From assembly GCA_965231085.1 (NCBI GenBank), contig OZ246413.1:91991-155990 (forward strand): DNA of 64,000 bases, given 5' to 3'. Source of the DNA: an uncultured Candidatus Saccharibacteria bacterium (lineage in GTDB: Bacteria > Patescibacteriota > Saccharimonadia > Saccharimonadales > UBA10212). Of the stretch, positions 59,219-64,000 are shown in pieces (the first letter of the stretch is position 1; every line of letters starts with the position of its first letter). The position numbers were made by a program, and so were the translations under genes. The notes under the pieces were generated by a model. The model was not told the origin of the DNA and did not search any database. It saw only the letters and a program-made list of their open reading frames with translations.

Positions 59219-59971
59219 ATGAAGCCTAAAACAAAGGACGAAATTGAACTGATGCGTGAGGGTGGCAAAAGATTAGCCAAAATTCTTAACCAACTATCAA
59301 CAGAAGTTAAACCGGGGGTCAAGCCACGGGAAATATCAAAAAAAGCCGCCCAATTGATCCACGATAATGGCCTAACTGCTGTTTTACTAGGCTACCAAGG
59401 GTTCGGTGATGTAATGTGCATTTCAGTAAACGACGCGATTGTTCACGGTCTGCCCAGCAAAAGGCCCTTTGTCGAAGGCGATTTAGTAAAACTCGATATG
59501 ACTGTTGGCTACAAAGGCATGATAGTCGATGCCGCCACAACTATATTTGTGGGTGATCCATTAAAAATGCCAAATGACGTAAAAAGATTGATGGAGGGCA
59601 CAAAAAAATCATTGGAGGCTGCAATATCGGCAATTAAGGGAGATGGTACTCGTGTTGGAGATATTGCCGCAGCTGCTCAGAATGTGCTGGACAAATACAA
59701 GCTTGGAATAATTCGCGATTTAGTTGGGCACGGTGTTGGCCATAGTATTCATGAGTTGCCCAACATCCCAAATTATGGAACAGCCGGAACTGGGTCAGTT
59801 CTGCATGAGGGCGACACTATTGCGGTTGAGCCCATGGCTTCTTTAGGCGATTGGAGAATCAAAGTAGGTAAAGATAATTGGACCATAAGTATGGTTGACG
59901 GTTCACTTGGTGCCCATTTTGAACACACGATTTTAATTACAGATAAGAGTTGCGAAATCCTAACGGCTTAA
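59219..59971 (+). CDS. map: Type I methionine aminopeptidase
   Basis: HGLPS, DMTVGYKGMIVDAA, GHGVGHSIHE and the EPM...HFEHT metal ligands. Confidence 0.93.
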   Translation: MKPKTKDEIELMREGGKRLAKILNQLSTEVKPGVKPREISKKAAQLIHDNGLTAVLLGYQGFGDVMCISVNDAIVHGLPSKRPFVEGDLVKLDMTVGYKGMIVDAATTIFVGDPLKMPNDVKRLMEGTKKSLEAAISAIKGDGTRVGDIAAAAQNVLDKYKLGIIRDLVGHGVGHSIHELPNIPNYGTAGTGSVLHEGDTIAVEPMASLGDWRIKVGKDNWTISMVDGSLGAHFEHTILITDKSCEILTA

Positions 59972-60057
59972 TGCAGGCATAATTGCAAGTTGACTCTATT
60001 TAATTTATTTATCATTAGCGTTATACTTACGGCAGTAAGTATAATAAACACAAATAG

Positions 60058-61296
60058 ATGACAGAAGACAGATTAAGCTACTTTATCGGGCTAGATATCG
60101 GCACAACTGCTACCAGGTGTGTTGTTGGCGAATTAGCCCACGAGGCAACCTATCCTAAGATTATTGGTTTCTCATCAGCCGAGAATACCGGCATGCGAAA
60201 AGGAAATATTGCTAGGGGTGAGGAAGTTCTGCAATCAATCATCCAGGCTGTAAGTGAGGCTGAGCGTATGAGTGGCAGAGATATTAAGTCAGCCACAGTC
60301 AATATTAACGGCGCTCATGTACAAGGACTTAATTCAAAAGGTGTTATTGCAATTAGCAGCCCAGACCGTCAGATAACAGCCGATGATCGTATGCGAGTTG
60401 AAGAAGCAGCAACGATTGTCCAACTACCTCCCAACAAAGAGATTATTCAGGTCTTTGCAAAGAACTATCATCTTGATGGTCAAGACAATATTAAAGATCC
60501 AGTTGGCATGCATGGCATAAGGCTAGAGGTTGATACCCATATCATTCTTGCCTCGACACCGGCTGTCAAAAGTCTCGAACAGGTGTTAGCTAAGGCTGAG
60601 CTGGGAGCAAGTCACAAAACGGTTAGTAGTTTAGCCGCCGCCGAGGCTACTCTCGACAGGAAGCAAAAAGAATCCGGGGTCGCAGTACTTGATATTGGCG
60701 CGGCTACAACAAATCTCATCGTAATCGAAGATGGGGAGGTTGAGCATGTGGCCGTTATTCCAATGGGCGGGAATCACATAACTAATGACCTAGCAATTGG
60801 GCTTAAAACAGATCTGGACATAGCCGAAGAAGTAAAGGTAAGACATGCCTCACTTGCTAAAAACTCCACAGGACAAGTTAGTGTAGTCAAAGATGGTGAA
60901 ACTCATAAATTCGACAAAGAAATGATGAGAATTATTGCCGAGGCCAGAGTTGAAGAAATACTGGAGTATGTTGATAAAGAGTTTAAAAAAATTCATCGTT
61001 CTCGAAAACTCCCTGGAGGGGTAGTCTTGACTGGCGGAACCGCCAAGCTTCCAGGGTTGGTGGAGTTCACTAAAAATGAGCTGGAGCTGCCGGCGCGGAT
61101 TGGCACATGGAAACATATAGAAAAAGTAGTCGATGGCATGGACGATAATATATTTGCCCCAGCTGTTGGCCTGATGCTGCTTGATATGTATCTTGGCCCC
61201 AGCCAAAACGTTAGCTACGTTGATGGCGCCACAGGGCTATTCTCATCCGTTAATTTGTCATTGAACAATATAATTGGTCGATTCAAGAAGCGCTAA
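60058..61296 (+). CDS. ftsA: Cell division protein FtsA
   Basis: Actin-fold motifs GLDIGTT, LDIGAATT and VLTGGTAKLPGL. Confidence 0.9.
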   Translation: MTEDRLSYFIGLDIGTTATRCVVGELAHEATYPKIIGFSSAENTGMRKGNIARGEEVLQSIIQAVSEAERMSGRDIKSATVNINGAHVQGLNSKGVIAISSPDRQITADDRMRVEEAATIVQLPPNKEIIQVFAKNYHLDGQDNIKDPVGMHGIRLEVDTHIILASTPAVKSLEQVLAKAELGASHKTVSSLAAAEATLDRKQKESGVAVLDIGAATTNLIVIEDGEVEHVAVIPMGGNHITNDLAIGLKTDLDIAEEVKVRHASLAKNSTGQVSVVKDGETHKFDKEMMRIIAEARVEEILEYVDKEFKKIHRSRKLPGGVVLTGGTAKLPGLVEFTKNELELPARIGTWKHIEKVVDGMDDNIFAPAVGLMLLDMYLGPSQNVSYVDGATGLFSSVNLSLNNIIGRFKKR

Positions 61297-61419
61297 TCAC
61301 GCTATCACCAAGACTTATTCAACCACGATTTTACCAATTTTCTTTCGAGTATTAATTGCATTCAATATTAAATGATGATTATAATGAGTGCATAAATTTT
61401 AAGTGGAGTACTAAAGCTT

Positions 61420-62766
61420 ATGCCTCAGGTGGAACCAGCCATCGAAACGTTCGCTAGAATAAAGGTTATTGGTGTTGGTGGAGCAGGCGGTGCTGCAGTC
61501 AATAGAATGGTGGAAGCTGGCATAACAGGGGTAGACTTTGTTGCAGTCAATACTGACGCTCAAGCTTTACATCATTCAAAGGCTAACCACAAAATACATA
61601 TTGGCAAAGATACTACCAGGGGTCTAGGTTCTGGAGCTGATCCTGAGCTTGGCCAAAAAGCGGCCGAAGAATCAAAGGAAGAAATCGAAGAAGCCGTAAA
61701 AGGGGCCGATATGGTCTTTGTAACTCTTGGGGCCGGCGGGGGTACAGGTAGTGGCGCTGGCCACATAGTAGCTAAGGCTGCTTCTGACTCAGGAGCTTTA
61801 GTTGTAGGCTTTGCTACCAAGCCTTTTGCGTTTGAGGGCGAGAAGCGTCGCCGAAACGCCGAAACTGCTATTGAGAAACTTCGAAAAAATGTCGATACAC
61901 TTATTATTATTCCAAACGACCGGCTGCTCCAGACAATTGACCGCCGGACTCCCTTAATTGAGGCCTTTAAAGTTGCTGATGACGTTCTTAGACAAGGCGT
62001 GCAGGGTATATCTGATCTAATAACTGTTCACGGATTAGTCAACCTAGACTTTGCCGACGTTAAGACAGTTATGAGCAACGCCGGCTCAGCACTTATGGGT
62101 ATTGGCCGAGCCAGTGGTGAAAACCGAGCCGTTGAAGCTGCACAACAAGCCATCTCCTCACCGTTGCTTGAAGTTACTATCGATGGAGCAAGAGGCATAT
62201 TGTTCAACGTCATTGGCGGCAATGATATGTCGATGCACGAAATTAATGCTGTCGCCGAAACTATTACCACTGCGGCTGATCCTGATGCCAATATTATCTT
62301 TGGTGCAAGCATCAACACAGAGTTAGAGGGTGAAATAATCGTTACAGTGGTGGCAACCGGTTTCGATGCTTCTTACTATGCAAGCCGCGATAAAAAGACA
62401 GCCGAGCTGATTAAACAGGCTACCGAAGAGCCATCGATAGCACCAAAGGTTGATCAAAATATTGACGCCAAAACTATGGAAGCTTTGAATATGGATATCC
62501 CGGAGGTTCCCGAGACAAGTGCCCATGACTTCCATAACGAGGAGACGCCAAATATCTGGGCTCTCTCGGACGATGGCAACGGGCCGGCACACGAAGATCA
62601 TCAGGAAGAAGAGTTCGACAAACCATCATTCCTACGACGCTTAACGGGTCGATCGCAGCATCGCTACCAATCAGACGACACAACTAGCAATGATAAGACC
62701 GAAACAACCTCCGAAAACGATAAAGAACAAGATAATACACCAAAAGATTCTAAAGGCAAGGCCTAG
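61420..62766 (+). CDS. ftsZ: Cell division protein FtsZ (with a long acidic C-terminal linker)
   Basis: [21 protein letters not shown] and NLDFADV motifs. Confidence 0.97.
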   Translation: MPQVEPAIETFARIKVIGVGGAGGAAVNRMVEAGITGVDFVAVNTDAQALHHSKANHKIHIGKDTTRGLGSGADPELGQKAAEESKEEIEEAVKGADMVFVTLGAGGGTGSGAGHIVAKAASDSGALVVGFATKPFAFEGEKRRRNAETAIEKLRKNVDTLIIIPNDRLLQTIDRRTPLIEAFKVADDVLRQGVQGISDLITVHGLVNLDFADVKTVMSNAGSALMGIGRASGENRAVEAAQQAISSPLLEVTIDGARGILFNVIGGNDMSMHEINAVAETITTAADPDANIIFGASINTELEGEIIVTVVATGFDASYYASRDKKTAELIKQATEEPSIAPKVDQNIDAKTMEALNMDIPEVPETSAHDFHNEETPNIWALSDDGNGPAHEDHQEEEFDKPSFLRRLTGRSQHRYQSDDTTSNDKTETTSENDKEQDNTPKDSKGKA

Positions 62767-62849
62767 TTAACAGATAAGAAATCTTGTGATTAATACACCA
62801 GAAAATGCTTGCGCTTGCACTACATCCGGGGCTAATATAGGTAGTACGA

Positions 62850-62865
62850 ACACTATATGTAGTGA
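62850..62865. promoter_or_regulatory. Candidate NrdR box upstream of nrdR-nrdJ
   Basis: acactatatgtagtga matches 14 of 16 positions of the consensus acaCwAtATaTwGtgt as I remember it. Confidence 0.45.
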
Positions 62866-62913
62866 TTGTACGTTAAGTAAAATTGCTTGTTTTAGGCTAC
62901 AATAGGGTCATAA

Positions 62914-63414
62914 ATGAAGTGCCACCACTGTCAATCAGTTGAAAATAAGGTAATAGAGTCTCGCGATGTTGCTGACGGCGAGGCTATTCGTCGACGCCGC
63001 CAGTGTCTGGACTGTGGCTACAGGTGGACTACTTATGAAAGACTGGAACGACCAAGTTTGGTTGTAGTCAAGCGCGATGGAACCCGACAGCTTTTTAGTA
63101 GAGAAAAACTACTAGAAGGTTTGCAGCACGCCTGTGAAAAAACATCAGTGACCAACCTGCAACTAGAAAGTTTTGTTGCCGGTATTGAACGCGAGCTTTA
63201 TGGACGTGGCGAACCGGAGGTTTCTAGTACCGATATAGGCGAGCTGATCATGGCCGGATTGCCAAAGCTTAGCGAAGTAGCTTATGTGCGTTTTGCAAGT
63301 GTCTATAGAAAGTTCAAAGACATTTCTAGTTTTGAGCGTGAACTATCGCGAATAAGAGAAGAAAAAACGACTACTAAAGACGATCCAAAACCAAAAAAAC
63401 AAGCTAGAAAATAA
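62914..63414 (+). CDS. nrdR: Transcriptional repressor NrdR
   Basis: MKCHHCQS...RRRRQCLDCGYRWTTYER zinc ribbon plus an ATP-cone (VVKRDGTRQLFSREKL...VAYVRFASVY). Confidence 0.92.
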   Translation: MKCHHCQSVENKVIESRDVADGEAIRRRRQCLDCGYRWTTYERLERPSLVVVKRDGTRQLFSREKLLEGLQHACEKTSVTNLQLESFVAGIERELYGRGEPEVSSTDIGELIMAGLPKLSEVAYVRFASVYRKFKDISSFERELSRIREEKTTTKDDPKPKKQARK

Positions 63415-63581
63415 AATACAAGAAAAAAACAAGAGGCTTGGATGTTGCTTTGGGCACTTTTTAGACTTACTATAAAAAGCGTCTAGAGGAGCAAGGGGTG
63501 GTGCTTTTATCTAAAAAGTACCTCGCGAGCTTTAAGATAAAAACAACAAAATAAAACAACAAATATAAGAGAGGGATGTAT

Positions 63582-64000
63582 ATGGCGGAAGCTACCAAAA
63601 CTAGGGTTCAAAGACTCTTCACGAAGCCTAAGACCAAGGCTTATGACTCACTGAAATGGGTCAAAAGAGATTCACTAATTGCTAATCCAATGACCGGTAA
63701 AGCGGTCTTTGAGCAAAAGGATATAGAATTTCCGGAAGGCTGGTCGCTTAACGCTATTAATATTGTGGCTCAGAAATATTTTTGTGGCACACCCGGCACC
63801 GATAGCCGAGAATCATCTCTTAAACAATTGATCGACCGAGTGGTTGATACCATAACGCGCCAGGGTAGCCAAGAGGGATACTTTACCAGTGATGCTGAAG
63901 CCGAAGATTTCCGAGAGGAGCTAAAATACATCCTAGCTACTCAACGAGCGGCTTTTAACTCGCCGGTTTGGTTTAATATTGGCGCGCCAGAGCGTTCTCA
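63582..64000 (+). CDS. nrdJ: Ribonucleotide reductase, probably class II (B12-dependent), N-terminal part; 3' end outside the window
   Basis: Hand translation from ATG 63582 gives MAEATKTRVQRLF...WSLNAINIVAQKYF...AAFNSPVWFNIGAPERS with no stop before the window end. It is absent from the ORF track because the frame is open-ended. Confidence 0.75.
   Translation, partial: MAEATKTRVQRLFTKPKTKAYDSLKWVKRDSLIANPMTGKAVFEQKDIEFPEGWSLNAINIVAQKYFCGTPGTDSRESSLKQLIDRVVDTITRQGSQEGYFTSDAEAEDFREELKYILATQRAAFNSPVWFNIGAPERS

Overview
This 64 kb window looks like a chromosomal segment from a small-genome Patescibacteria/CPR bacterium, most likely Candidatus Saccharibacteria (TM7). The 16S gene carries U at E. 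coli position 912, a mismatch to the universal 515F primer site, and an enlarged helix 6. The 23S gene is about 450 nt longer than usual. Most of the window is compact housekeeping sequence. It includes tgt, an editing-domain-less thrS, miaA, rpmB, rnpB, infC-rpmI-rplT, comM, gyrB-gyrA, rpsA, infB, priA-def-fmt, rpsU, adk, map, ftsA-ftsZ, nrdR-nrdJ and eight tRNAs, all of which encode their CCA ends. Four things stand out. (1) Two tandem giant paralogous ORFs (2891 and 2206 aa, about 15.3 kb in total) encode N-terminally membrane-anchored, tail-fibre-like surface proteins. Each has a cytoplasmic four-cysteine zinc ribbon, carbohydrate-binding modules and different distal heads. Each has its own conserved sigma70-like promoter, and the two share a 242-nt tract that is identical apart from one synonymous mismatch, although the genes are otherwise diverged. 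(2) The rRNA locus is linked but interrupted. A two-gene antisense cassette, partly G+C-rich, sits between tRNA-Ala and the 23S gene, and terminators and separate processing stems are present. (3) An orphan VirD4/TraD-like ATPase operon lies next to a 0.9 kb non-coding region. (4) A second NrdR-like gene has a perfect 18-bp palindrome with an NrdR-box core on its start codon. No CRISPR array, transposase or integrase was seen. All calls rest on reading the sequence and the ORF translations by eye; no database search was run.
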